Numbered from the stretch's first letter, positions 38,083-51,200 are shown. The stretch: 64,000 nucleotides of DNA from Octopus sinensis (GCF_006345805.1 NC_043015.1:24676001-24740000); one strand, 5' to 3'. A program made the numbers and translations. The notes: generated by a model not told the origin, from the letters alone.

Positions 38083-38734
38083 GTGGGTGACTATCCTGAT
38101 TCCAACAAACAACTACAACCTAAAGGAATCAATCAATATTTATGAACCTCCTGCAACTGTAAATAGTATCAATATATCTATGAGTGTTCACTGCTTAATT
38201 CTTTCATTAAGTGCTGTGCCTGGTGATAGAATATTGATTCTTAGTCCCAAGATCATTGCTTCTTTGAGATTCATATATGTCTACACAACCTCCATCTTTA
38301 TGATTGCATACCAAATCACTTGTTGAAGCCATGCGCAAGATTCACTGTAGTCACTGAACATCCCTGATGTGGAAATTATATCTCCTCTGCATCACATCTT
38401 GTTCTCTTAAATTATATAAGGGACATATTGTAGAATGTATTTCTGGATGTGTTATGGCTCTCCAGAAATGGATTACGTTGTTACATTTGGTGTGTCTTTG
38501 ATTTCAGGAGTCACAAAGTATATAAAGAATTTAAGAGTCTAAGAATGGAAATCTTATTTATTAATTCATTTACATGGAATCATCCAACTTTGTTTCAATT
38601 AGTTTTGAATTCCTTAAAGCTCTGAAGAATACAAAAATGACTGAAGCAAATTTATAAGTTTGTGTGTGTCTGTGTCTGTGTGCACGTGCATGCTTGTGTG
38701 TGTGTGTATGCATGTGAACACATACACATATGCA

Positions 38735-39155
38735 TATATGGCTGAAAAGCTGTCTTTCCAGCCAAGTGGTTTTGTGTTCAATCCCATTGCACAGCATCTT
38801 GGATAAGACTCTTCCACTATAGCCCTGGGCTGACCAAAGTCTTGTAAGTGGAAACTGAAAAACAAAACACTTCCTCTGTAATTGTAGATATTTGTGTGTA
38901 TATGTATACCCTTGTCTTGATATCAGGTGATGGTATCAAATAAATGCTACCATCATATAAATAATGTTGTTTGCTTCCAGTCTTGGGTGAAAAATGTTTA
39001 ACCAAGGAAAATATTACCTTGGATGAAAACAGGTAACGGTTGATGACAAAAAGGTAATCCAGCCATAGAAAATCTACCTCCATGAATTCCATCTGACCCA
39101 TGCAAACAAGGAAACGTGGATGTTAAAACAATGGTGATGATGATGATGATGATAT
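38735..39155 (+). mobile_element. SINE with tRNA-like head and RTE-type tail (similar copies at 50330-50790 and 61555-61940)
   Basis: Head gtggttttgtgttcaatcccattgc, body ccaaagtcttgtaagtgg, tail ccagccatagaaa...gacccatgc...gatgttaaa(atg)n. Confidence 0.7.
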
Positions 39156-39985
39156 GCAAAAGCTTAATTGAATTATTGATAGATCACAAGAAATGGTGGT
39201 GCCTTATCATTTCCTTTTCTTATTTTTATTCTTGTTGCTATTTTTCTTTTATTCTTTTTGCATAAATCCTATCGTCCATAAACAGTTATTCACCATAAAA
39301 AATATATAATTTCAAAAATGCAATTTAAGGTTACAGTGTCAATTTCTATGGTGAAAATAGCTTCTAAGGTCATTTACGATATGAAATATATTTCATACAA
39401 ATCGCCAGAAATGTAGAATGTGAAATAACTGCTCTTATACTTAAATAAGACAGAAAGATAGTAAATTAGAATAGTAATGTTCCCATTTGTGAGAGGCAGT
39501 AAACATATCGCATATAAAACGCTTTTAAAATCGATAAATTCAGAAAGCTACAGCCATTCTGAAAAGTTTTAAGTATCTTGTAATAAAACCGAAAATCCGC
39601 CTCATCTGAATAATGTACAAATAGCAAACATTTTTGTACAACTCTTCATGTCATTGTCCTCAAGTCTGTCGGTAATATACACTTCAGGAGAACAATAGAA
39701 GGTATCGATATATATGTGTGTGTGTAACAATTTCACTGGAAACTAACAACATATCTATGTATTTGCGTACAACTCTATATATGTGTGTGTACGTGTGTAC
39801 ATATGTATCTCTAGATCTCTGTGTGTCTATGTGTATGTATATATATGTATGTGTGTGTGTATATATATGCACACATATGTGTGTGTGTATATATATATGT
39901 ATATATGTATACACACATGTATATTAGGGTGAATGTGTGTGTGTGTGTGTACATATGTATCTCTAGATCTCTGTGTGTCTATGTT

Positions 39986-40017
<32 letters not shown>

Positions 40018-40034
40018 CATACATACATACATAC

Positions 40035-40082
<48 letters not shown>

Positions 40083-40959
40083 CCACACATGTGAGATATG
40101 AAAGCAATTGAAAATATAAAATCTTTGTATCAAATGATATTTTGCCATTTGTTATAACGCTATTAAAAATAATCATATAATAATAGCACAGTACACCACT
40201 ACACTAGCTGTTCCGATATATTGACAGGGAGTTTGGCTTTTGAATATATTCAATGGCACGGCTTTCTTGAAATCTACACAAATTTACATGAGTTACAGTT
40301 ATATCCTCTTAGGAGAATGTAATGAATAATTTAATGACTAGGTAATCAAGTTATGAAAAACTTTTGGCCAAGACCTGATCATCCATTTATAGACCAATAT
40401 CTGTCTTAATTTCTATTATTAGGGAATGATATATCTTGTTCTGTTTGGTATTTACTTCAATAAATAAAATTTATTGCTGACTAAGTTACTCTCCATTGGA
40501 TATATGCAACATCAAACCACCAAACAGTACCAAATACGATGTGTTGAGTATTAAATAATCCAGAATGTGTTGGGAAAAGAATCAGAAAATTATTCATATT
40601 TAGACTGAAAAAGTAAAAGCAAGCGAGAAGGCATTGGTTCTTATATTTCAGTAATTTTATCCATTTGTTTGTTGTTATTGTTGTTTAAACCTAGGCCAGC
40701 CTAGATAAAGCATACCTAAATGCAAAGATGTTCCAGCTGTGACCATCTTGTCAGTTTCACCACATAAAGAGCTTAATTAATGTGTCTAATGTTGCCTTGC
40801 TTTATAGAAAGACAATCAGCAAGGTGATTTGAAGCAAATTTAGCAGGTCAAGGGATGGCTCAGAGTCAATCTCATTAGCCTGTGTATAGAGCTTTGGTGA
40901 TGGTGTTTTTGTTTAATACAATCTACCCACACCAAAAACACATGCAATCAATATTCTTT

Positions 40960-41165
40960 TCTACTCTAGGCACAAGGCCAGAAAGTTTTGGGGATTAGAT
41001 TGACCCCAGTACACAAAAATAGTACTTAATTTATCAACTACAATAGGATGAAAGGCAAAGTCAACCTCGGCATAATTCAAACTCAGAACATAAAGACAGA
41101 TGAAATACCGCTAAGCATTTTACCCGGTGAGCTAATGTTTCTGCTAGTTCACTTCCTTCACCTGC
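40960..41165 (-). mobile_element. SINE family B
   Basis: ggatgaaaggcaaagtcaacctcggcataattcaaactcagaac...gaaataccgctaagcatt. Confidence 0.85.
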
Positions 41166-42436
41166 AATCAATATTACCAGATTGAGCTGTTACAGGAAAC
41201 ATAGTCCATCTCAGGCCATCACATTATCAGACATGTCCTTCTTGTTTTAAGGCAGAAGGATGTGATACATATGGAATTTCACTGGTATTTTTGTAAATAT
41301 TCCCTCATTGGGTGAGCATCTTTAAACATGTGAGCATCTTGTGTCTGTAATTGCAGTTGTTCATGTTCAGTTCAGTCACAACTGAAAAGATCTGAGATGA
41401 AAGGCACTCTAACAGTGACCATCCAGTCTGCTTATTGCCATATTGTGTTCCAAATTGCAATTCACTTGTGGCTTCATTGTTATTCATAACAAGTCAAATA
41501 ACATGCAATATGTCCCACATCAGCTGGAAGTTAGTTCAATGGAGGGGTACTGTAGGCAACATTGAGTATGGGATGACTGCCCTCTCTTTGCACACATTTA
41601 TGTTTTTACATATGGCTGTAAGTTCACATTCCAGCCGAGTGGTTCCAGGTTCAATCACATTGTGTGGTATTTTGGACAAGTATCTTCTACAATTCTCTTG
41701 GGTTGACTAAACATTGGAAGAGGATTTCATAGATAGAAACATGTGTGTATACGTGTGTGTTTGTACCTATGTATGTGTGTATGTCTGCATGCACAAGTGA
41801 GTTCATATTTCCTTCAAGGACAATGATGTTTTAATTTACGTATTGAATATTTTGCTATCTTTGCAGAACACTTCCCATAATTAATCTTAAATGAAATCCA
41901 TTTTCATTTACCAAGAAGTGCACTAAATGAACTGTCCACAGATATTTCATTGAATTTATCCAAAGAAATCAAAATTTCAAAATAAACTCAAAATACCAAA
42001 CAGTGTTAAGTGTGGGGTGGGGGATTTAAACAGATAAAAACCAGCCAATTCTGTCAAATAGTGTAAAACAAAATAAAAATGATAAAATTATGTAAACATA
42101 ACAAATAATTGAAAGTAAGACAAAAAAAAAAGCACATATATTTTTGGCCCTTTTTAAATTCTTGTTTCTAGGTCATTTCTTGGTGGCATTTATTTTATTT
42201 AGTGACTTTATTTGTTATTTTTTAAATTTTCAATATTTTGATTTTTTTTTTTTGCGATTTCTATCTCTATCCTTTAACTTTGCAAATCAATGAAAATTTT
42301 ACACTCAACTGTCTTCTCAAAAACATAGAAACACAAACCAAAAGGTTGTGATGTAGCAACGTTCCTTTTACATATATATATATATATTTTAAAAATATAA
42401 ATATATGAAAGAATGGAGCTGAACAATGAATTAACA

Positions 42437-42536
42437 AAATTCCTTTATTTTCGACATATGTTTCGAAGGCTGCATAACCCTAATTGCGAAGGAATAAGGA
42501 GTACATTATGCCGCTTTCTCATCAGGAAAGGAACTT
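42437..42536 (-). ncRNA. Intact type I hammerhead ribozyme (inverted pLTR copy)
   Basis: aagttcctttc-CTGATGA-gaaagcggcataa...ttatgcagccttc-GAAAC-ATAT-GTC-gaaaataaaggaatt; predicted cleavage at C 42453. Confidence 0.88.
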
Positions 42537-42735
42537 ATGTCAACATCAAAATGCACAAAAAACTTTTAGATGATTGCTCACATGGAGCCCATAGCGATAA
42601 TGAGTGTCTCTTTAAAATATTCCTTTATAAGGAGTGACGTCAAAATGGTTGGATGTAGAAGATTCTAGAAGGTTGTAAAGGTTCAAGGATTGTAAAGGTT
42701 CATAGATTTCTAGTGTTGGAGAATGCAATCCTCAA

Positions 42736-43608
42736 TGCAATATCAATTCGCATAAGGTGAGGATTGCATTCTCCAACACTAGAAATCTATCGCAGATAAT
42801 TGCCTCCCATAATAATAAGCTGCTTAATAAGGACTCTTCACCCAGGAGTAGCGACACTGCCCTTACCAATTCCAACCTAACATACAATAATAATAATAAT
42901 AGAAATAGTATTGATATTAGCAACATTCATAGCAGCATTGGCATTAACAATAGTAATAATGATAATAACATTAGCCGAATTATTAACAGTGGTGGTGTCA
43001 GTGATAATAGTAACAGCATTTCTAATAACAGTTGTATTATTGATGATAACAATCACAGCATTCCTATAGTCAGAGAAATTGCCGACGATATTACAATTAA
43101 TAGTAATGATAATAAGATGAATAGTTTCGTGGCCAATGCTAGCAGCAATATTTACACCTATCATAACAATAAAAACTCTGTCTTAGTATCGGAAGTTAAC
43201 CCCAACAGATTAAAGTTCTTATCCAAAAATTCCAAAATTAGAAATACCATTTACCAGTGCAAAATTTCTTCTGGAACCGATGTCTTCTTCTACATTAGAG
43301 CAACTTCTTTTAAATTAGCCCAAAGGATCTCCAATCATTATTCAACTTTCCGAGATAAGAGAAAACAACACAGCATGGGACTAAGTAAATTAGTTTGGTG
43401 TCTGAAGGACAGCAATACAACTTTCAAGCTGGAATGGTCCATATTGTCGGTGTCCTTTCCATTCGATAAGGGCAGAAAGCTTTGTGGCATCTGTAATTCC
43501 GAACTTTTTCATATTTTGTTCGCCAAAGTCCCTTTAATAAATACAATCGTCGAGAGGTCCTACAGGTGCATGCACTGGCAAAAACAAACCTTTCACTCAT
43601 ATGAATAA
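42736..43608 (+). pseudogene. PLE ORF 3' fragment: thumb end, Asn-rich linker and GIY-YIG endonuclease
   Basis: CNINSHKVRIAFSNTRNLSQIIASHNNKLL, then NTIYQCKI...FYIRATSFKLAQRISNHYSTF...LSKLVWCLK...LEWSIL...CGICNSELFHI...LIN...RCMH; the expected YIG reads YIR. Confidence 0.88.
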
Positions 43609-44185
43609 TGATTAATATAGATAACCCCTTGAATTTTAATTAATATAACTTTTTTATATATGTCACCCCCATAGTCATAAAATTTTTTTTTATACTTTCA
43701 AAGAACTACTACCCAATCCAGTGAGGTATGTGTTGCCTTAGTCCCCCTACCTCGCCCTCCTCTTTCTCTCTCTATATCCCTCTTTCTATAGTAAGCACAA
43801 TCAAACACACAGACACAAACCTCTCACCTCAACACTGTCTGTTTTCTGACATCTACCCATCCACATACACAATCACGCACACACATACACAAACACACAC
43901 ATTAATGCAGTTATATACAGTCACACACACAGGCACTCATTCACAAAAGAAATTAACAAAATCCACCATTCATATGACCTGCACCCTTTCACCTTCCTAT
44001 TCTTATGCCTCTCTCCTCCAACTTCGTTTGAACCCTTGAACCTTTACAACCTTCTAGAATCTTCTACATCCAACCATTTTGACGTCACTCCTTATAAAGG
44101 AATATTTTAAAGAGACACTCATTATCGCTATGGGCTCCATGTGAGCAATCATCTAAAAGTTTTTTGTGCATTTTGATGTTGACAT

Positions 44186-44285
44186 AAGTTCCTTTCCTGA
44201 TGAGAAAGCGACATAATGTACTCCTTATTCCTTCGCAATTAGGGTTATGCAGCCTTCGAAACATATGTCGAAAATAAAGGAATTT
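44186..44285 (+). ncRNA. Intact type I hammerhead ribozyme (3' pLTR copy)
   Basis: CTGATGA 44197-44203, long stem II, GAAA 44258-44261, palindromic stem III ACATATGT, GUC cleavage after 44269, bulged stem I. Confidence 0.88.
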
Positions 44286-44511
44286 TGTTAATTCATTGTT
44301 CAGCTCCATTCTTTCATATATTTATATTTTTAAAATAAACATACAAATTTCCACACTAAAGCATGTAATCTATGCCCTAGGCACGTAGCTTCAACTGTGT
44401 TTTTTCTGATGTGAATTTGCTACCCAGGTATCAGTTAATTCGAATTATCCTTAATAAGATAATTCATACAAGACACAGGTTAATGAAAAATACGAAATAA
44501 AACTACACAGC

Positions 44512-44822
44512 AAATTGTATATTGGGTCCAATTTTGGGATGAAAGCAATAAAAAGAGATTATTCCCCACCATCAGCACGAAATTCAAAGAATTTCCTGCA
44601 AGGCTATTTTGATGAAAAGAAAAAAACACGTGGCTGAAAGGAAAAATAAGAATTTGACTTTATTTGGTGCATATGCACAGATATTTGTATATGGATGTAT
44701 ACCTTTGCTTTGTATGGGTTTATGTAAGTATCTGTGATTATGTTTCTTTGAATGTTGTGCTGAGGATGGGAAATAAGCTCTTTTTTTGTTTTCCTCCTGA
44801 AATTGGACCCAATATACAATTT
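44512..44822. mobile_element. MITE-like inverted-repeat element
   Basis: About 80-bp inverted arms 44512-44591 and 44744-44822 beginning aaattgtatattgggtccaattt. Confidence 0.7.
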
Positions 44823-45010
44823 ACATGTGTGTGTGTGTGTGTGCATATGTACATACACATGTATGGATGTAAAGTATATATGTATGTGTGTGTGTGTGTG
44901 TGTGTGTGTATGGTATTGCCACCATATACTCTACAATGAGTGTTGAGCAATTGAGCACTTTCCTAGATTTGCTCAACATAAATATTTGTGTACATCCACA
45001 CATATTTAAA

Positions 45011-45250
45011 GCGCCCTTTTAAAGCCTAGCCAGGCTCATGGGCCCAGTTTCAATGGTGTATGTGTTCCCCAGCTGGAAAGGACGCCAGTCCATTGCAGCG
45101 TTACTCCTTTTTGACAGCTGAGTGGACTGGAGCAATGTGAAATGAAGTGTTTTGCTCAAGAACACAACACGTCGCCTAGTCCAGGAATCGAAACCACAAT
45201 CTTACGATCATGATGCTAACACCTTAACTACTAAGCCACGTGCCTCCACA
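45011..45250 (-). mobile_element. tRNA-derived SINE with Meta/V-type central domain
   Basis: tggcttagtagttaaggtg A-box, gtttcgattcc B-box, cttgagcaaaacactt...ctccagtccactcagctg...ctgcaatggactggcgtcc. Confidence 0.8.
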
Positions 45251-46699
45251 ACATTATGCAAGGCTCTGATATATTGAATTGGCTGTCAACAATTACCAAA
45301 CTGGTCCCTCAAATTCAATGAATGGGTCATCTGCCAGGCTTCTGATGACACAGTTCTATAGACAAAGGGTCAACACATGTCGATGGGAAAATTGCATCCT
45401 GAATATTCTGTGAACTAGAATTGAAACTTGTGTCTCTTAGTTAGGAGAGGAATTATTGAGTGACAGTTATGACTTCATGGCTGTGCGGTAAGAAGCTGGC
45501 TTCCCAACCACTTAGTTTTGGGTTCAGTTTTATTGCACAGCACCTTGGGCAACAAGTGTCTTCTGCATTAAACCTCGGTTCACCAAGGCATTGTGTTATC
45601 AAAGAAACTGCAGAAAACCCATTGCAAATGTATATTTGTTGGTGTGTGTGTGTGCATTATATAGTGACTCAAGGAATTAAATTTTCCTACAAAGTACGAT
45701 AACTCACTTTGTGATTTCTGTTGATTAACAGTAAAAAAAACCAAAAATCATATTTACTGATGTCCTGAGTTCTATTTACCAACTTCATACTATCAAACAT
45801 AACCATACACACACACAAACATATAATTACACGCATTCACACACACACACACACACCTATATATTCTGAAGTGGAGTGGATCCAAATCGTTGATGAATAA
45901 TTCAACAGGATGTGAAAATGGAAACAAATTGTGATTGCCAAGAAAAGCACAAGAGATGACGGCTGGCGTTATTTCCTTCAAACAACAAAGAAAAACAATC
46001 TCACCAAAACCAGCAACAACAACAACAACAACGACAGCAACAACAGTACATCGAAGGTGATTGTAGTGAATATAGCAGAAAGAAAATCATGTAGATACCA
46101 TTTAGCACAAATTTCCATCTCAAGGATTGGTTTTGCCGGAAGCTTTTGTGGAAACTACTCCACCACGCTAGAATCGAACCCATACTGAAGTGATTACAAT
46201 ATAAACCTTTCACCTCTTCAGCCAGGTGTATGACCATTTGCCAAACTTTTGAGGACATATTGTGCTATCCTCGTTGATCAAAGTTGTTCTAGCTATTATC
46301 ATATGCCCTTCCTTTATAAATATAGATCAATGTGATGTTAATCTTGGCTGCTATTTTAGAACATCAAGTGAGGTGGTTGATGATTTCTGTTGTCTCAAGA
46401 ATATTAGTGAAAGAATTGGTGATGGTTTGATAGCATTTGTATTGGTATCATTTAACCTTTCAGCAATTCTGATCTGGAAGACTCATCTATGACCACAGGA
46501 ATTCTTTCGGTGACCATCCCATTTACTTCACTGACATCTTTCAGGTTTAAACTTAAAACAGAAGTTTGTGTAAGGTGGTGCTTGCATCTTGTTGTGCTTT
46601 TGTGTGTGTGTGTGTGTGTGTGGTGTGTGTGTGTGTGTGTGTGTGTGATTACAGCTGTATCATCATGTCAATAACCACACTAAAAGAAGCATCAATCTT

Positions 46700-47812
46700 T
46701 ACATTCTAATCTTTTTGCCTTTTCCTTTCTTTTAATTACAAATTATGTTACAGCACTGGGGCCAAATGTGTATTGGTTTTAACCCTTTCAAAATGAGTTT
46801 AGATCAGATCCACATCACCCCCTCTGGCTGTCTGAATTCAAAAGTGAGTCTTTAGCAATGGAAGTGGCAAGAAATGTTTATTGTATTTATGGAGATGAAG
46901 CTTTAAATGTCCAGATATACCAATGATGGTTTGGTCAGTTTCACTCAAAATTGGTTGTCTCACAGATTCATTTTCATCTGGATGACCAAATTATGTCAAT
47001 ACTGAGCTTCTGAGAAAAATTTAAAGCAAATTTCATGAGAATTACCAAATAAGTTCACTTCAAGTCAAACTTGAATCATAAAACATCAGGATATCTAACT
47101 TTGACCATTTCTCAGATTAGTCAAAGTATCACTCGCTGCTTGTCATTGAAAAATAGACTTGTTACTGAATTTTTCTTGGTAGAATCATCAAAAGAGATGA
47201 AAAGTGGGTCCTTTATAATGACATCCAATGAAATCAATAATGGTTAGTCCCCGATGTGACAGAAGAATCAAGCCCCAAACCAGGACAATACCCAAAAGAG
47301 GTTATGCTCTGTGTTTGCTGTGATATGAAGGGTGTGGTCTTTCAAGAAGTATTAACTGAAGCATCTAATGTGGAGAAATATTATCATCAATTTGATGCAC
47401 TGTACAAAAATTTGCAGCAAATGTGTCTGTCATTGGTTAATCATAAAAAGGTGTTGTTCTTACATGATAATACCAGGCCACATATTGCCTGAGTCACTCA
47501 CAAAAGATCATGGTACTCTATATGCAAGTTTTGCTCCATCTTTCTTACTTTCTAGACTTCATGTTTTCTGACTACCATCTCTTAAGATCATTATAAGATC
47601 ATTTCAAGAGGTAACAGTTTATTAATTGTAAAGCGGTTAAATGAATTACTCTGAGTGGTTCTTTGCCTTGAAACCTGATGGATTTTACACCAGGGAGTTC
47701 AACAATCTGCCAAATAGAGAGGATTATGCCATCAACATTGAGGCAGAGAAATATTATTTTAATCGAATATATCGATTAAGGGTAAAGAAGTGTTTCTTTC
47801 CCATCTAGCAAT
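46700..47812 (+). mobile_element. Highly decayed mariner transposon
   Basis: Motif relics RIIKRDEKWVLYND, KEVMLCVC.DMKGVV, FLHDNTRPH with many stops; TIRs not clearly resolvable. Confidence 0.8.
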
Positions 47813-47899
47813 CAAGAGGACTTTGAACTAAGGTTATATATAACCTCATTAATTGTAGCAGGTATTGTGAGATATGCAGCATTTGTTTGTATATTTATT

Positions 47900-48115
47900 C
47901 TTAATATATTTAGGCAGAAATGTTTGCATACTAGGCAAAATGCATAGCGATATTTCATCTGTCCTTATGCTCTGAGGTCAAATTCTGTTGAAGTTAACTT
48001 TGCCTTTCATCCTTTCTGGGTTAATAAATTAAGTACCAGTTGTGTACTGGGGTCAATCTAATCGACTGGCCCCCTCCCCCCAAATTTCTGGCCTTGTGCT
48101 TAGAGTAGAAACGAA
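47900..48115 (+). mobile_element. SINE family B
   Basis: tttgcctttcatcctttctgggttaataaattaagtaccagttgtgtactggggtcaatctaatcgactggcccc. Confidence 0.88.
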
Positions 48116-48130
48116 TATGCTTAGGTAGAT

Positions 48131-48620
48131 TCAGACACAACGATATGCTGGTCACTATAGTATACAATCACAGGTGAATAACTTCTCTCTTTTATAGCAA
48201 CAACATGTTCCACACACTCAGTTTATTGATGCACAACATTCTGGAACACCTGTGTTTTATCATGTTGTCTCATCAGCCTGAAGAACCTGCACCTTTGGGC
48301 CTAAATCAAGCTGCTGGATTTGCTTATGCTCTCAAAAAGCAAACTGCCTGCTAATTAGTGCTTATACCTGCCAACTGATTAAAAAAAACCCAGTCTAGCT
48401 CATTATTTGTAGAGCAAGATCTGTAATGATTCTTTGAGGTCCTGTGTGCCAATGAGCCATATTATGAATAAATATGCTTCTGGCTGTTGAGACATGCTGG
48501 AACACTAATGTCCCAGAATCGTGTGTGCCAAGGAACTGGGTTGAGCACAATGTTGTAAAAAAGAGAGATTATTGTCCTATGAGAACATTCACAACAATGT
48601 CCAGCATATCTTGTGTTCGA
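48131..48620. repeat. Old diverged fold-back element
   Basis: 48131-48284 resembles the reverse complement of 48476-48620 (acaa.gatatgctgg.ca...tctctcttt..ta.caaca...attctgg.aca...tgtctca.cagcc.gaag). Confidence 0.55.
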
Positions 48621-49184
48621 ACCTGTCCAGATGTATTAAAACTAAAAGCAGGAATAATCATTTTACACACAGAAACAACACACACAGAGTATATATATGA
48701 AGACCCCCCCCCCACACACACACATATATATATATTATGTATATTTATGAATAAATGTATGTGTATGCACACATATACATTGTATATCCAAAGTAATATG
48801 TGACTGTATCCATACATATAGTCACACTGTATGTGTATGTATACACACACACGCACACACACACACAAAGTAATTCATTCCCCATTGTTTCATGATAACA
48901 TTTTTCTCACCATCACTCATTTCTATGTTCCCATTTAGCACTTGGTTACAGTTCACAAAGACAGCAAAGTGTTAGAATACAAAGCACTGATATCCCAACT
49001 TATATCCTATCACTCTTATTACTATTTGTAAGATAATTATATTAATTATATCAAATATATATGGACAAAACGATATCTATTTTGTTTTGCTCTGCCATCA
49101 AACGAGTATGATACTGATTATATCTGAACAAGAAAAATATTTGTAGGAAAGTAAAGCTATTGAGATATCCTTCTAAATTATATA

Positions 49185-49220
<36 letters not shown>

Positions 49221-50779
49221 TATATGTATATGAACACACACACACACAGATATTAAATGTAATACCAGCAATTCAGTTCTTCGTTTATTATATTTGTATA
49301 TATATAAATGTTTGTGTATATATCTATGTATGTATCTAAACAAAAATCTCTTGACAACTATGATCTTAATCAGAAATCTCCAGCTGCTTACAATACCTAA
49401 ACATTAAACATGACTTATCCCATTCCCCACCAAAAAAGGGCAACTTATAAGGTTTCTACCACAAACCACAAATCCCTACACATATGAAACAAAATCCTCC
49501 AATGTAGACAATTTTTTATACTCTAAGTTTATCTGAATCAAAATAGATCAAAAATGTTTCTAGAAACCTTTATAAAATGCTTTTCACTGATGTCTTTTGT
49601 GGAGAAAAATCTTTTATGGGTCCAAATATTTTCCAAACATATTTCAACTGGCATCAAATTTGGTTTTTTTGTTCCTTCTTTCAGTCACTACTTTACACAT
49701 CAACTCATGACAGGTGAGATGCTTCATCAGTTAATAAGTTTAATCGCTTTCTAAGAAGAGAAGTTAAGCTTCTTAGTTCAAGGTTGTCAAACATAGGTAC
49801 CTAGTGCTGATGTGAACAAATTTAATTTGAAATACATATCCATCAGTCCATAAGAGGCTACTTTAAGCTGATATCTTTATATTTCTCTTGTTCCTATTCG
49901 CTCAACTTCACAAAAGCAATCTGCAAAGATGATTGCCATTATTACAGATTATTATCATAAATGTTAAATTGAGTTCTTTCAAAAGTTCATAATCCATCGT
50001 TGGCTTATAGTTTTGTTGTCCTTCTCTTTCCAAAGACAAGACCTGATTGGGCAGAACTCTAATCAATAGTTGTTCCTTTGGTGACCACATCATTTGTTAT
50101 CAAATGCATGACTTCATTATCTACTCTGTTCTTCATGGCAAAATGCATGAAAGGAAACTTCACTGCTGTTTCTAGCAGACTGAGAGATGATACAGTGTTT
50201 TCTTGCTTGGATGGTCATATACACAACAATATCTGACATCTGATATAACGAACACTGAACATCATAAATGGAGGCTTTGACATCCTGGCTATCATTGCTG
50301 GGAATCTGTTTCAATAACTTCCTTATAAGATATGACTGTGTCATTAAGAAGTGGACTTCTTAATGCAGTGATTTCAAGTTCAATCCCACAGCATGGCACC
50401 TTTGGCGATTGTTTCCTACTTATAGGGTAACTGACGCCTTGTAAATGGATTAAGAAGGCAGTGGCTTAAAAACGGTTACATGTGAATGCTTGCGCATGTG
50501 CGTGCATGTGTGCCTCTGTGTGTGTGTGTGTGACGCTGTCTTGATATTAGGCAACAGATTTAAATGAGCGCCCCCTGTCTTACAAGTTGTGTCCTGTTTC
50601 CATGGAGACACTTCTGGCCATGGGGAACTAATATCTTTCTTGGAAAATGGGTTTTTGTTGATGACAGGGAGAGCATCAAGCTGTAAAACATTTGCCCCAT
50701 TGAAATTATGTCTGATCTACAAAAGCATGGGAAAGTAGATGTTAGAACAATGATTACGAGGACAGCTGACGGCAATGAT

Positions 50780-51200
50780 GACGACGATGATGACGGTCGT
50801 CATCATCATCATCATCATTCATCATCATCCATCATCAATCATCATTATCATCATCACCATCATCAATCATCACCATCATCAACGTCATCATCATCATCAT
50901 CATCATCATCCTCATCATTAACATCATCACCATCACCAATCATCATCGTCATCATCATCATCCATCGTCTTCATCAGTATCATCATCACCATCATCATCC
51001 TCATCATCATCATCATCGTCGTCGTCATCATCGTCATCTCATCATCATCATCCATCATCATCGTCATCATCATCATCATCATCATCGTCATTATCCATCA
51101 TCATCCATCATCATCATCATCCATTGTCATCCATCATCATTATCATCATCGTTATCATCACTGTCTTCATCATCATCATCATCATCTTCTTCTTCTTCTT
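50780..51200. repeat. (CAT)n-rich trinucleotide tract
   Basis: Direct reading; source of the poly-H/S/I ORF. Confidence 0.95.

Larger units (their letters stand above)
42385..44337 (+). mobile_element. 5'-truncated Penelope-like element (PLE2, Neptune-like endonuclease) with inverted pLTRs
   Basis: 304-bp inverted repeats 42385-42688 and 44034-44337 (one mismatch seen) flank a GIY-YIG ORF fragment and a C/T/A-rich 3' UTR; each repeat holds a hammerhead. Confidence 0.92.

Noticed and set aside
39600-39700. Possible hammerhead relic on minus strand (CTGAAG-tgtata...tgtaca-AAAA-tgtt)
   Set aside because: Core incomplete at two positions and no stem I partner
39790-39990. Duplicated tgtacatatgtatctctagatctctgtgtgtctatg unit
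   Set aside because: Ordinary slippage duplication inside a microsatellite tract
42413-42637. 74-aa MELNNELTKF ORF duplicated at 44085-44309
   Set aside because: Antisense to the hammerhead within the pLTR; duplicated only because the pLTR is duplicated
49900-50340. Possible apurinic-endonuclease-like LINE relic on minus strand
   Set aside because: Motif resemblance too weak and fragmented to support a call
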